Notes: a model not told the origin generated them from the letters alone. A stretch of 64,000 nucleotides of DNA from an uncultured bacterium (GCA_963749495.1 CAVVMW010000006.1:960001-1024000), one strand, 5' to 3'; shown: positions 33,316-45,774, counted from the first letter of the stretch. Translations and numbers: made by a program.

Positions 33316-35119
33316 ATGAAAGTTCGAGTCAGCGTCCCTGCAATCATCGGGATAATGCTCTGCAATCTGGCCGGTCTGGCCCAAACCAATCCCGTGGCAG
33401 CCGAGGCCACCGAGCCGGTTGTCCCGGCTGAGACTGGCGCCGGGCCGGCCGCCGCGGCAGACGCCACCAATGCCCCTGCCCCGCGCGGGGCGCTCATCCC
33501 GCTCATCGTGATGGACGAGGTGCTTCTGACCGACGCGATCGGGAACCTGGCCCGGCAGGCGGGCCTGAACTATCTGATGGACCCCAAAGTGGGCTTCGGC
33601 CAGCCCGGGCCGGACGGCAAACCGGTAGCGCAGCCCAGCGTGACCCTCCGCTGGGAGAACCTCACCGCCGAGCAGGCCCTGAATGCCCTGCTCAACAACT
33701 ACAGCCTGCAAATGCTCGAGGACCTCAAGAGCAAGGTCGCGCGCATCACTATAAAGGACCCGGCGGCGCCGCCCCTTCTGACCAAGATCGTGCAACTGCG
33801 ATACGCCAGCCCCACCAACATGCTGGCCAGTGTCACGGCCATCCTGCGCGACACCAAGCAGCGCAGCCGGGTCCTTGCCGATGTCCGCACCAGCCAGTTG
33901 GTCGTCATTGCAACCGAGCCGGAGATGGACGAGGTGGACCGCCTCATCGAAAGCCTCGACTCGCCCACCAAACAAGTCCTCATCGAGGCGCGGCTGCTGG
34001 AAACCTCGGTTAACCCGAGCACCACCAAAGGCGTGGACTGGACGGGCACCCTCCAGGGCCAGAATGTCTCATTCGGCAACGGCGTCATGTCCGGCACCAG
34101 CACCACCACCTCGCCCGGCTCGCCCTCGACCACGACCCTGCCGGGCGGACGCCAGATCACCTCGATGCCCGGCTCGAGCACCAGCACGATCCTGGATTCG
34201 GTGTTAGGCAACGGCGGTTTTGGCCTGAGCACCGCCAGCGGTCTGTCTCCCGCCACCGGGTTCCTCAACGCCAACGGCGTCCGCGCCGTGCTCTCGTTCC
34301 TGAACACTTATGCCGAGGCCAAAATCCTCTCCTCGCCCCGGGCGGTCACCCTCGACAACGAGACCGCCACCATCGAGGTCGGCACCATGTTCCCTATCGT
34401 GAACACTACCGCCGGCACGGTCAACGTGGCCGGCGGCTCCCAGATCACTTACACCAACCTGACGGTCCGCCTGGAGGTCACCCCTCGCATCTCCGCCAAC
34501 AACTACGTGCAACTCAGGGTCACCCCGACGATTCTCAGGCTGGGCAACTCCGTCAAAACCACCGTCGGCGACGCGGTCAGCATCGTGTATGAGTTCAACA
34601 AACGGCAGCTCAACACCACGGTCATGATCCCCAGCGGCAACACCCTGGTGATGGGCGGCCTGATCGAGGACAACATTCAGATAAACAACACCAAGGTGCC
34701 CGTGCTCGGCGACATCCCCGGCCTGGGACTCCTGTTCCGCAACGACACCAAGACCCGCACGAAATCCAATCTTATCGTCTTTCTCACCCCAACCATCGTG
34801 AGTGAACACGATTTTCAGCCAGCCAAGGCCGGCTGATCTCAGGACACCGGCCCCCAAGCAGGACTTCCTGGAGCCGGACTGGGGGGCTTGGGACAGCGGC
34901 AAACCCAAAGACTGGAGCAAGCCCAAACCCCAGAAGGAGAGCCCGACGGACTCCGCACTCGACCAGGGCCCGGTGCCTCAACCCAGCCCGACGATCCCTC
35001 CACCCAGCCCGACGATCCCTGCCCTCAGCCCGACGATCCCTCCCCTCAGCCCAACGATCCCTCCACCCAGCCCGACGATCCCTCCACCCAGCCCAACGAT
35101 CCCGGCGGACGTCAAATGA
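33316..35119 (+). CDS. Secretin (PilQ/GspD family); frameshift near 34830
   Basis: QVLIEARLLE, ILSSPRAVTLDNETATI, LVMGGLI, KVPVLGDIPGLGLLFR, LIVFLTPTIV. Confidence 0.9.
34981..35106 (+). repeat. 21-bp tandem repeat x6 encoding PSPTIPP
   Basis: ACCCAGCCCGACGATCCCTCC units in the secretin tail. Confidence 0.9.
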
Positions 35120-38100
35120 ACCGGAATTGCAGCCTTTTGCTTATGAAGGTCATACTCATTCCGCTGTGTCTGCTGATCTCCGGCCGGCTCCTGGCCGGCC
35201 CGGTCTTGCAGACCGTGACAGGCGGCCCCGCCCAGTTCAACCCGCGCTATTACGGCTACGCCGATGGCCCCACCGCCTCCATGGCGCAGTTCGATTTCCC
35301 GTGCGGCCTGGCACTGGATCCCTCGGGCACCTTGCTTCTTCGTGGCCGATTTCACCAACAACGCCCTCCGGGTCATATCCAATCCCGGCGATAAGGCCAA
35401 CAGCTTCACCATGACTTTTGCCGGCACCAACGCCGGCATCAGCCACCCCGTGGCTGTGGCCGTGGACAGCGCGACCAATGTGTACGTCTTGAACCAGGGC
35501 AACGGCACCGACGGCACTGTCCTCAAATTCAACGCCTCCTACTTTAACAGTGACAGCCTAGTGCTCCTGGAAGGGGGGCCTATGGCCTCCGGCCTGGCCA
35601 ATGCCACGGCCCTGGCTCTGGACGGGCTTACCAACCTTTACGTCACGTACAACACCAACAGGATTCTGTGCATCACTCCGGCCGGGAGTACGAACCGCCT
35701 CATCAAGGCCGCCGGGGTTGCGCTGCACGGCATCACGGTCCTGGACAACGGGTCGCTGGCGCTGACCGATGCGGGCAATCACGGCATCTGGGTGTTCAAT
35801 CCGGCCACCGGCGCCGCCTCGCAACTGACGGGTTTTCACGGGGCGGATGATTGGAACGGCCCGGCCAGCGTAGCCGCCTTCAACCATCCCGAGATGATAG
35901 CCAAGGCAGGCGGCAATGTGTTGGTCGTGGCCGACCGCGGCAACCACAAGGTTAAATTCGTCAGTCCCTCGGGGGAAGTGAGCCGCCTTTACGGTGTCAG
36001 CTCCAACTACTGGGTCCAGGGCAGCGCCAGCCAGGACATTTTCCCAGGCTGGTGGGATGGCCCGGTTTGCTCGATGGATACGTGGGGTTGTCCCGAGGCG
36101 CGCGAGCCCTTCGGGGTGGCCGTGGCCCCCGATGGCTCGGTCTATACCAGCGAGGTCTATTACCACCTCATCCGCCACACTACCGGCGCCGGGTTCACTG
36201 GGCCCCAGCCCGGCTATTTGCCGCTCTTCAATGGTCTGACGGGCATTGCCCTGGACAGCGAGTTGGAGCACGTGTTCATCGCCGATACCGGCAACAACGC
36301 GGTCGAGGTGGTGGACCTGAGCCTCAACCAAACAACCACGTTCCTGCAGGCCGCGCAGGGCATGGCGCAGCCGGTGGACGTGGTGGTGGATGCGGTGGAT
36401 ACCGTTTATGTGCTCAACCAGGGCAGCGGCGCCAACGGCTCGATCCTCCAGTTCGATCGCTTCGGGAACCGGCTGGCGACCAAGACGAGCGGCCTGGCCT
36501 GGCCCTCCGCCATGACCATGGACAGTTCCGGCAATTTCTATGTCGCCTGCCGGGACGGCGCCATTCAACGGTTCGATGTGTCCGGCCAGAGCAAGACCCT
36601 CGCAACGGTCACCGGTGGCGCGGCGGCGGTGCAACTGGCCGGCATTGCGCTGTTCGATGATGGGACCATTGCGGTGAGCGATGCCGCCAATCATGTGCTG
36701 TGGCAAGTCGATCCGATGCACTATGCTGTCAGCCTCTTGACCGGGTCGAACGGCGTGCCGGGCAGCACTTTGGGGGGCACCGCTTTTGCGCGGCTCAACC
36801 AGCCCCAGCGGCTGGCTCGAGGCGCAGGGCGACCTGCTGGTCCTGGCCGATGGCGCCAACAACCGCCTGGTGTTGGTGGATCACGCGGGCTCGGTCACCA
36901 ACGCCTTGTCTTCCACCAACTCGTTGGTTTGGTTTGGCCGGCCGGGTGACCCGCATCCGCCGGGCGACTCGGCCTTTGTGCCCATGCGCGGCCCGGCCGG
37001 CGTCGCCATCGGCAATGCCGGCGCAGTCTTCGCTTCCGAACCGGCCAACAACGCCTTGCGCGAGCTGCTGGCGACGGGCCTGGTCAATGGGGGTCTGGGC
37101 GGCGGCGGCACCAGCACCAACACCAGCACCGGCACCAGCACCAACGTGGTCGTCCCGTTGCCCGTGCTCGATCCAAACTCGACCTGGGGCTACTACCCGA
37201 TGGGCCGGAGCATTGGTCTCTCCAGCCCCTGCACCAATGTCTATTACACCATCAATGGCACCGAACCGACCCTGCAGAGCGCCCGGGTCGCCATGAACGG
37301 CATGACCGGCGTCATCCACTGGTTCAATCTGACCAACGACCTGAGCGGGTTGCGGGTCAAGGCCTTCCTGGGGACCAATTCCAGCGCGACGGTCAGCGGC
37401 CAGGCGGCTCCGTTCAACAACATCGGCATTCCGCTGACTTCTGCGGGCGGTTTCATCCCTGCCGGCATCGGCTCGACCGTTGTGGTGCCGGTGGTCGTCA
37501 ACCTGCAGCCCGGCGCCCAGGTCGAGTCGTACCAGTTCCGGGTCGAAATCTCACCCAACGACCCGTCCTCGCCCCCGATCACCAACGGGTTCCGTACGCT
37601 GGCCATCAGTGGAAATGACTTTGTGCCGCTGGTGACCGCAGTTCAAGGCAACGCCAGCCTCGCTCTGCCGGGCCAGCCGTATAGCTTTGGCCCCACAAAC
37701 GGCCTGGCTATCTCAACCGTTAACAATGGCCGCTTCTATTTCCAGAGATTTGCCGCCGTGTCCATGCTCGCAGTGCCTATCCCATCGAGCGCCAGCTCCG
37801 GCAACTCCTATTCCCTGGCGCTGACCAATCCCAGCGCCACCTCGGACGGCCTGAATGGCGCCGTCCAACTCTCCCCGCTCCCGCCCGTCACCATCCTGGT
37901 CACCAACATCCCATACACCGTCGGCGATTCGGCTGCCGCGGCCGGCAGTTGGTACAACGCGGGCGGCTTCGGCGACTCCAACCTCGACAACGCCGACGTG
38001 AACAATGCCTTTTGCGCCGCTGCCGGCCTGCACGTGCCTTACCCCTTCTCGGATGTCTTCAACGCCATGGACGCCTTCCCGCCAGATGAGAATGGGTTCG

Positions 38101-39101
38101 TCGGGGGCGATGGCCAGATTCGGTTCCTGGACTGGCAGATCATCCTGCAGCGGTCTTTGGGCTTGGACACCCATAACTGGGCCCGCGCCTGGTCCCCGGG
38201 CGGCGTGCTCACCAATTTCACCGCCTCGCTCGCGCGGCCGCTCGACAGAACGCCGGAAGCCGATCCCCTTGCCCCCTGGAGCCGCCAGGCGCTGGTCGGG
38301 GCCGTCTCCCTCGGCCAGGCCGTCCCAGGGACCGCCGTGGCGGTGCCCGTCTATGTGAAGATGGCCGATGGCGCGACCCTCTCCGGGCTCCAGTTCCGCG
38401 TTGTGCTCACCTCGACCGACGGGGCGCCTCTGCCGGCCCAGGCCCCGGACATCGCCCTGGCGGCGGGCGTTGCGGCCCCTTCGCTCCAACAGGGCTTTCA
38501 GCCGGGCGAGATGGCCTTCGGCTGGTCGCTCTCCAGTTTTGAGTTCCTGCCGCGGAGCAGCAACTTCCTGGGCCACATCACCTTCACGATCCCGGCCGGC
38601 GCCTCGGCAGGCCAGGTCTATTGGCTCCGTTTCACCAACGCCGATGGCGCACCCGACCTGCTGACTCAGTATGACCTGGAGACCCGCTCCGCCTCGGTGA
38701 CGGTCGCCGGCGCGGCCATTCCCGCCTCGATTTGCTCCGATGAATGGAAACTGCACTACTTCGGCAGCCTCACGGACCCGCACGCGGCGGACCTGGCTGA
38801 CCCGGACGGCAACGGCGTGCCCAATTGGATGGAGTATCTCGCCGGGACCAACCCGCTGGACGCCGCTTCCAAACTCCAGTTCAGCTCGGCCGAAAAACGG
38901 GTCGTCGATGGCCAGGCCCAGGCCGTCCTGCATTGGCTGACCGCTCCGGGCCGGGCCTACGAGGTCCAGTGGACGGCCCAGCTCTCCGGGGGCCCCTGGA
39001 ACACCCTGGGCACCGTCTCGGGCGACGGCGGGCTTGCCGCCTGCGCGGACACCAACGCCGTGGGCACCGCTCGCTATTACCGCCTGCGCGTGTTGCCCTG
39101 A
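35116..39101 (+). CDS. Large secreted NHL-repeat protein with Fn3-associated, cohesin-like and dockerin-like segments (frameshifts near 35335 and 36810)
   Basis: Signal peptide; NHL repeats (FIADTGNNAV); VYYTINGTEPT; GDSNLDNADV..GDGQIRFLDW; DPDGNGVPNWMEYLAGTNP; ends YYRLRVLP. Confidence 0.8.
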
Positions 39102-39143
39102 CAGCAGCGCCACCGGTCATGAAGCTCCCGACATCTTTTGAGC

Positions 39144-42100
39144 ATGAAACCTGAAATCCAAAGCTTGAGGTCCGAAGTCACCAACCTTCTTCGGGGCCTT
39201 TGTCGCGGCCTTTGTCGCCTTGGCCACATTTTCGACAAAGGTGGCGACAAAGGCTGCGACAAAGGTCTGGAACTGCGCCGCCTTGGCCTCCTCGCGTTCC
39301 TTTTGGCCTTGACCTGCGGCGCCAACGCCCAAGTCACCGTCATCACCCTCACGACCAATGGCCTGAGAGAACCCTTCGCGGTTGCGGTCAACGCCAATAA
39401 CAATTTCTACATTACCGACAGCGGGAACAACCGCATTGTGAGAATCGATGCCAGCACCGACGCGGAGACCACCTTGGCCGGGATCACGGCGGATCCCCCG
39501 GCAGCGACAACGGCCCCTCCTACGCAGCGCACTTCAATAATCCCCAGGGCCTGCTCTTTGCCAGCCTGGGCGGCGCCAACGGACTCTTGGTCACCGACTC
39601 CGGCAACAATCTGCTCCGGTTCGTGTCTTTGCCTGACGGCACGGTCACCACGCTGGTCGGCCAAACCACTCCCGGCCCCGCCATCGATGCCGCCGGGACA
39701 GACGCAACCTTCCGCTTCCCGAACGGCCTGGCGCAGGACAACCTGGGCAACGTCTATATTGCGGATTGGGGCAACAACGCGATTCGGGTGCTCAACCTCA
39801 ACGACCCCCTCCTGGGCGTGACCAACCTCGCGCTCAACGGGACGAGCTTGTATCACCCTACCGGCCTGGCCTTTGCCGGCACCAACCCGGACGGCACCGG
39901 CCTGCTCTGGGTGGCCGACACCGGCAATCAAACGGTCAAACTCATTTCCCTGACCAGCCCGACGACAGGGAATCTTGAGACCTACATCGGCACGCCCGGC
40001 CAGACCGGCACCAACGATGCCCTCTTCGGGTCCAACGCCCGCTTCAATGCCCCCAGCGGATTGCTCTGGGTTAACCAGGTCGGTCTGCTCATCAGCGATA
40101 CCTTGAACAACTCGATCCGCCTTGCCACCAACAACCCCGCCCTGGCGCCCGCCAACTACAGCGTCGTCACTTTCGCCGGCTCGCCGGGACCGGCCAACGG
40201 CGCCTTGTTGGATGGGCCCGCTTTGTCCGCGCAATTCAACTCGCCCGAGGGCCTGGCCAGGGACGTTGCCAATAACGGCTTTCTGGTGGCTGACTTGAAG
40301 AACAATGCCTTGCGCCGCATCCAGAATGGCCCGCCGTTGCCGCCCGTCTCCCCTCCGGTCATAGGGTGGGTCAATTTCGCACTCAGTGACTCCGGCAACT
40401 GGGTTTCTGTGTTGCGCACGGCCCAGCCATTCCTGCTCAATAATCCGTCCGCGATAGCAGTCACGGCCGAGGCCGGGGTCGTGACTCACTTCACCTGGGG
40501 ACCAACTCCTCCCACCTCCCTCCAAGACACGATTCCCGACCCCAGCGCCACCGTGGGCAGCACCGCCCCCCATTACGAGGATGGCCTCTTCGCAAACGAG
40601 GTTCCCGAAACCCTCGTGAGCCCCGCCCCGGATGTGACCGTCAAGGCAATCAGTATCCAGACCGGCCGCAAGAACAGCCCTATCGCCTCGGCCAGGTTCC
40701 AGTTCAAAGCCGCCAACCCCCAGATCCTTGGCAATAATGCCGCCTCATTCAGCCTGACCGACCTAACCACCGACGCGCTCGTTTGGTACACCATCGATGG
40801 CTCCGATCCAACCGATGGTCCGCCCAGCCTCGGACCCCTCACCGATCACGCCAGCCTCTCTCTCTATGCCCCCACCAACCTGGTCTTCAAGACGCGCGCC
40901 TTTCGCCCCGACTTCCAGGACAGCGACATCGTCACCAACCTTTTCACCGCTGCCAACTTCACCCCCAACAGCATTACGTTCGGTTTTGCCTCCGGCGAGG
41001 CCTCCAGCGATTTCGTCGCCTCGCCCGGCCAGGCCTTCTATGCGCCGGTCACCCTGACCCTGCTGTCCAATACCCCCATCTACAGCCTCCAGTTCAATAT
41101 CACTGTCACCAATGCCGGGAATAATCCGGGCCCCCGGTCGCTCCGGGCGCCTGCGGCTTCGAGAGCTTCCTCGAAAAACCCGACCCGGCCAACAAGGGTT
41201 TCTACCTCCGCATCCCCCCGGCCATGCCCTTCACCGGCCTCTCCGACTCGCCCCCGGGTCAAGTGCCCGCGAACCTGATCTTCGAGTACGGCTCTGGATT
41301 GCTTCAGGACCTCAGGTTCACTAACTCCAGCCTCAATCTCCTCGGCGTAGGTTGGCTCGAACGCAAGGGCTATACCAATCTCTACGACACCACCAGCCAG
41401 GACCTGGTTAAATACTCTCAACCCCACGATACGGTCTTCGATGAAACCGGGGGCCGCGTCGTTGTTGGCGGATACACTTTCAAAGTCCCGGGCAACGCCA
41501 CCAACGGCCAGACGTATCAAATCCAGCTCGGGCGGCCCTCTGCCACTTCGGACGGCATCGGCGCTCCCGGCTCCGAGGTCCTCATTGTTACTCCCACCAA
41601 CGGCCCCATTTCGGCCATAGAGACCGTCACGGTCGGCCAGCGCAGGTACATCGTCGGCGACTGCGCCCCGTTCCGCTGGTTTAACGCGGGTGACTTCGGT
41701 GACACCAACCTCGACAATGCCGATGTCATGCAGGTCTTCGAGTCCGCCGTCTATGCCGTTGACACGCCTCCCCCAGGCAGCGACTTTTTCGACAGCATGG
41801 ATTCCTGCGGCTACACCTTTTCGGACCTGGGCCACGGCTACCTCGAGCAAAACGGGCTCGTCACGGGCGCCGCCGAATGGAACCCGCTCTTCGACGGCGA
41901 CGATACCTGGATCAACCACATCGCCTTCGGGGACGGAGTGCTCGACGTTTGCGACGTCTATGTCACCTTCCGCCGGTCCCTGGACCCGAGCCTTACATGG
42001 TTCCAACGATTCTGGACTAACGGCGTGCGCGCCGCCCAATTCATCGGCAATCCTCCCCCGCCGCCCCCAACCAACCCCCCGTTCAAGGCCCGCATCGCCC

Positions 42101-42912
42101 CCTCCGTCAATTTCGCCAGTGCCGATTTTCTCGCTTCCCCCGGCCAAACCCTGCAGATCCCCATCACCGCCCAGGTTTTCGGGCCTTATCCCCTGCGGGT
42201 CTTGATGCTGGGCCTAGCCGTGGACCCCCTGGACGGCTCGCCCACCTTGGACAGTCCCATCCAGTTCACGCCCAACCCCGACCTGGGCTCGCCCACTCTC
42301 GTCTCTGCCCAGTCCCCCGGCGTTTACGCCGCCACCTGGCTCGATGCCACCATCCCCGGGCTCTCCGGAACCGCCTCCCTCGGCACCTTGACCGTCCAAA
42401 TCCCCGCCAACGCCCCTACCAACGCCGCCTACGCCATCCATTTCGACCATGCCTCCGCCTCGCCCAACGGCTTGGCTTCTTTCCCCAAGCAGACCGTGAC
42501 CGGCCTGATTACGCTCTCAGACCGCTCCGGCTCCTCCTTTAATGACGCCATCCCGGATTCCTGGCGCCTCCGTTACTTCGGCACCACCGGCAACCTCCTT
42601 TCTCAAGCTGCCGCCGATGCCGATGGCGATGGCGCTGACAACTGGCACGAGGACCTCGCCGGCACCGACCCCACCGACCCCAACTCCTGCCTCCGCGTCT
42701 CCACCCTCCAACCCCTCTCCGCCCCGGGCACCAACTGCATTGTCCGATGGCCCAGCGTCGCCGGCAAACAATACATCGTCGAATCCTCCCCCTCCCTCTG
42801 GCCCCCCAACTGGAGCCCCGTCTCCACCAACTCCGGCTCCGGCGCCGACTTGGAATTCCAAGACACCTCCAGCGGGACGGTAAGCTTCTACCGCGTCCGC
42901 CTCGCCCAGTGA
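39144..42912 (+). CDS. Paralogous large secreted NHL/cohesin-like/dockerin-like protein (frameshifts near 39495 and 41130-41220)
   Basis: YIADWGNNAIR, WYTIDGSDPT, GDTNLDNADV..GDGVLDVCDV, DADGDGADNWHE.LAGTDP; ends FYRVRLAQ. Confidence 0.8.
39190..39270. repeat. Palindromic MITE-like core inside the N-terminal coding region
   Basis: CCTTTGTCGCGGCCTTTGTCG...CGACAAAGGTGGCGACAAAGGCTGCGACAAAGG, same family as 32963 and 46651. Confidence 0.8.
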
Positions 42913-43051
42913 CTCCGGGCCCCGCCGCATCATCGCGGCCGGGGGAGATGGCAGAAAAATGTGACGGCATAACAATAAATGCCTGCACATGCTCCTGCCC
43001 GGCCCAAAGGGCCGGCAGAACCTAGCCCTGAGGCCGCCAGGCCGATGCCCT
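42580..43051 (+). repeat. Direct repeat copy A (3' end of the NHL gene plus flank), paired with 46170-46647
   Basis: About 470 bp near-identical from GGCACC.CCGGCAACCTCC to GCCGATGCCCT. Confidence 0.95.
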
Positions 43052-43187
43052 AAAAGGGGTTCTGAGCCCCTTTTCTTCTCTTTTCGACGGCTGACCCCTT
43101 TTCGCCGACCCCCAACCCAACGCTGATAAGCCCAGCCTCCCGCCCCCAGCCGAGCAACTGCCGCCGCTCCCGAAACACTAAATCACC

Positions 43188-43216
43188 TTGACACGTAGTT
43201 TAACTCCTAGTAGGGT
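43188..43216 (+). promoter_or_regulatory. sigma70 promoter of the MTase with a putative C-protein box in its spacer
   Basis: TTGACA-17 nt-TAGGGT; the spacer contains CGTAGTTTAACTCC. Confidence 0.65.
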
Positions 43217-43279
43217 GCTACGGAATGAAAGCCCGCGAAAACCAGAATTTTCTGTCTCTCTACTTCGAGCCCCGCGTGG

Positions 43280-44866
43280 TTGAAACCGCAGTCGGCGAGA
43301 CGAACCCGCACACAGATGCGGGCGCTTGGAAACGCGAGAACGAAGTCCTTAGGGCAGGTTCCCACGCCGCGCCCGGTGGCGCAACTGATGGCCCGGTGGG
43401 TTATGTCGCGAAGGCCAGCCACCGTGTTGGACCCTGCCGCAGGCCTGGGAAGTCTGCTCCACGAGTGCCACCGCCTGGACCACGACGCAAAGTTTGTAGG
43501 GGTTGAGCGCGACTCGGAGACGCTGCTGCAGGCCAGGAGCGCAGCGCCTCGTGGTACAAAACTTGTCCTTGCCGACTACCTCCTTTCCGACACCGGGCAA
43601 TTTCAGGGCATTATTGCCAACCCACCCTACGTCAAAGCCCACCGGCTCGATTATCCCAAAGGCACTTGGCGCACCTTCGAAGAGCGCCTCGGCACGCCCT
43701 TGGACCGCCTGACAAACCTATACGCTCTGTTTCTCCTCAAGATCTGGGAGGACCTCGCGCCACAGGGCCGCGCTGCCGTAATCCTGCCAGCCGAATTCCT
43801 CAATGCCAACTTCGGCGAGGAGATTAAGGAACGACTGCTGAAGGCCTTGCGGCCACCCGGCATCGTGGTCTTCAACCCCACGCTGAATCTTTTCGACCAG
43901 TCGCTGACAACCAGCGCCATCGTTTTTCTTGAGAAAGGCCGCCCCAAATCGGCTCCCTGCAAGCTGATCAAGGCCGACACTCTTCCGGAGGCGGAAGCAT
44001 TTCTCTGCGCCCTCGTCACCGGCTCGACTTCCGGCCTGGGCAACATCTGCCGCAACCTGGACTCTTTCAAGCCTGGCGGCAAGTGGCTCAATGCGCTGCT
44101 GAACGCCCCCCTCGTGGGTGAGAGGGTCACCCTGCCGAAAGTTATCGGTGACTACTTCGATTGCCGGCGCGGAATCGCCACCGGAGCGAACGACTTCTTT
44201 TGCCTGAGCAAGTCCGGCCTCCACGAAAACGGCCTCGACCTGGCCCATGTGGACCCCTGTATTGCAAAGGCGACGGATGCCACAGGGCTCGTTTTTACCC
44301 CGGAGAAATTTGGCGCCCTCGCCGCCTCTGATCGCAGGTGCTATCTGCTCAACCCGCGCCACAACGGCCCGAGCCTGGCTGCCTACCTCCGGATCGGTGA
44401 ACGCTCGGGCATTCCGAAACGTCATCTGCCGAGCCACCGGCCCGTGTGGTACTTGCCAGAGAACCGCCCGGTGGCAGACGTATGGGTTGCGGTCTTCTCG
44501 CGTGAATCAGTCAAATTCATCCTCAACACTTCGGGCGCCAAAAACCTCACGTGCTTCCACGGACTTTACGCGAAACCAGGCCACAAAGCCAAAGCGCCCC
44601 TTGCCACCCTTTACCTTAACAGCTCATGGGGGCGAGAGGCATTCTCGCAGGTCAACCGCTTCTATGGTGACGGCTTGAACAAGCTTGAGCCCAAAGATGT
44701 TGAAGCGCTTCCCTGTCCCGTGCTACCCGACCCACCGAATGAACAGGCGGAAGCAATTGTGCAACGGCTGACTCAGCTTGACTTGCTCTCCTTATCCGAG
44801 CGCAGCGCAAGAATTGATGAGATGCTTCCAACACTTATCAACCTGCCCGCCCGCCAACGCTCCTAA
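43280..44866 (+). CDS. N6-adenine DNA methyltransferase, gamma class, type II R-M (true start may be ATG 43225 with a frameshift)
   Basis: LGQVPTP, VLDPAAGLG, IIANPPY, RGIATGANDFF. Confidence 0.9.
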   Translation: MKPQSARRTRTQMRALGNARTKSLGQVPTPRPVAQLMARWVMSRRPATVLDPAAGLGSLLHECHRLDHDAKFVGVERDSETLLQARSAAPRGTKLVLADYLLSDTGQFQGIIANPPYVKAHRLDYPKGTWRTFEERLGTPLDRLTNLYALFLLKIWEDLAPQGRAAVILPAEFLNANFGEEIKERLLKALRPPGIVVFNPTLNLFDQSLTTSAIVFLEKGRPKSAPCKLIKADTLPEAEAFLCALVTGSTSGLGNICRNLDSFKPGGKWLNALLNAPLVGERVTLPKVIGDYFDCRRGIATGANDFFCLSKSGLHENGLDLAHVDPCIAKATDATGLVFTPEKFGALAASDRRCYLLNPRHNGPSLAAYLRIGERSGIPKRHLPSHRPVWYLPENRPVADVWVAVFSRESVKFILNTSGAKNLTCFHGLYAKPGHKAKAPLATLYLNSSWGREAFSQVNRFYGDGLNKLEPKDVEALPCPVLPDPPNEQAEAIVQRLTQLDLLSLSERSARIDEMLPTLINLPARQRS

Positions 44867-45774
44867 GGGAAACTGAATTCCACGAGGACGCGGCGCATAT
44901 TGGCTGCGTCGAGTACGAATCCGCCACCCTGTGGTACGACATACGCGTCATGCCGTCCCAACGCGGTCACCCGGTGCTCGGCGGCGAACGTAGGCAGATC
45001 CGTGCCGCGCCCCACCTGCACACCCGCCGTAATTGGAAGCATGATAGTAGCCTTTTCCTGACTCTTCTCTGGTGTCTCAATAGTGTAGCCCTCGCCACTG
45101 GCGATAGCCTCGAATATATCGAGGAAGTTAATCGCAAAAATCGAATCGAAAAACACCTGGCAATAAGCCTGCGGCACGCGATTTCGCTCCAACCACCGGA
45201 ACACGATCACTAGGTCCTCAACCTTCACCGTGAAGCTTGGTGTCTCACGTCCGGAAGCATTTCCCGCCTCGCGCTGCTGTTGCCGGACGGCCATATAAGT
45301 CAGCGCCTCGAACTTGCTCGACCTGACCTCTATAGCAGCGTCCGCCTGCTGCACAAGAGCCTCAGCTTGCGCTTGTGGCCGCTCAGAAAGGTCTGCCGCT
45401 ACGCCGAGCCGTGCCGGGAATAGAAGCAAATCCGGCCGCTTTCCCGTTAACCGCGTCTCCTCGAGTCCAGCGAAGTAGCGCCCCCTGAATTCCGGGTGTC
45501 CCGCTGCGATGCGGTCAGTATTGCCGTACTGCGCCACGGTCCAATCCGGAAAGGCCGCACGAAGCGCACCCGTGAGCATCCGCTCAGCCCAATCCCCCAT
45601 GGCCCGGTTTGCCAGGAACTCGGAGCGCGCGTCCGTTGGCACCGTTGGCCTCCGCTGCGGCCGGGCCCCAGCGCCGCCAAAAGCAAGGCGGTCCGCGTTT
45701 ATCCCGTTTTCTGTCAAATGGGCAACAACGCCCTCCAGCGTACCCTGCAAGTGTTGAAAATACGCCTCGTTCAT
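44863..45774 (-). CDS. AccI-family type II restriction endonuclease
   Basis: SEFLANRAMGDWAE, GKRPDLL, AIEVRSS, FTVKVED, QVFFD; convergent with the MTase. Confidence 0.8.
   Translation of the reverse strand: MNEAYFQHLQGTLEGVVAHLTENGINADRLAFGGAGARPQRRPTVPTDARSEFLANRAMGDWAERMLTGALRAAFPDWTVAQYGNTDRIAAGHPEFRGRYFAGLEETRLTGKRPDLLLFPARLGVAADLSERPQAQAEALVQQADAAIEVRSSKFEALTYMAVRQQQREAGNASGRETPSFTVKVEDLVIVFRWLERNRVPQAYCQVFFDSIFAINFLDIFEAIASGEGYTIETPEKSQEKATIMLPITAGVQVGRGTDLPTFAAEHRVTALGRHDAYVVPQGGGFVLDAANMRRVLVEFSFP

Noticed and set aside
32791..35106. Repeat arrays as CRISPR
   Set aside because: They are contiguous 7- and 21-bp tandem units with no unique spacers, and no cas genes are present.
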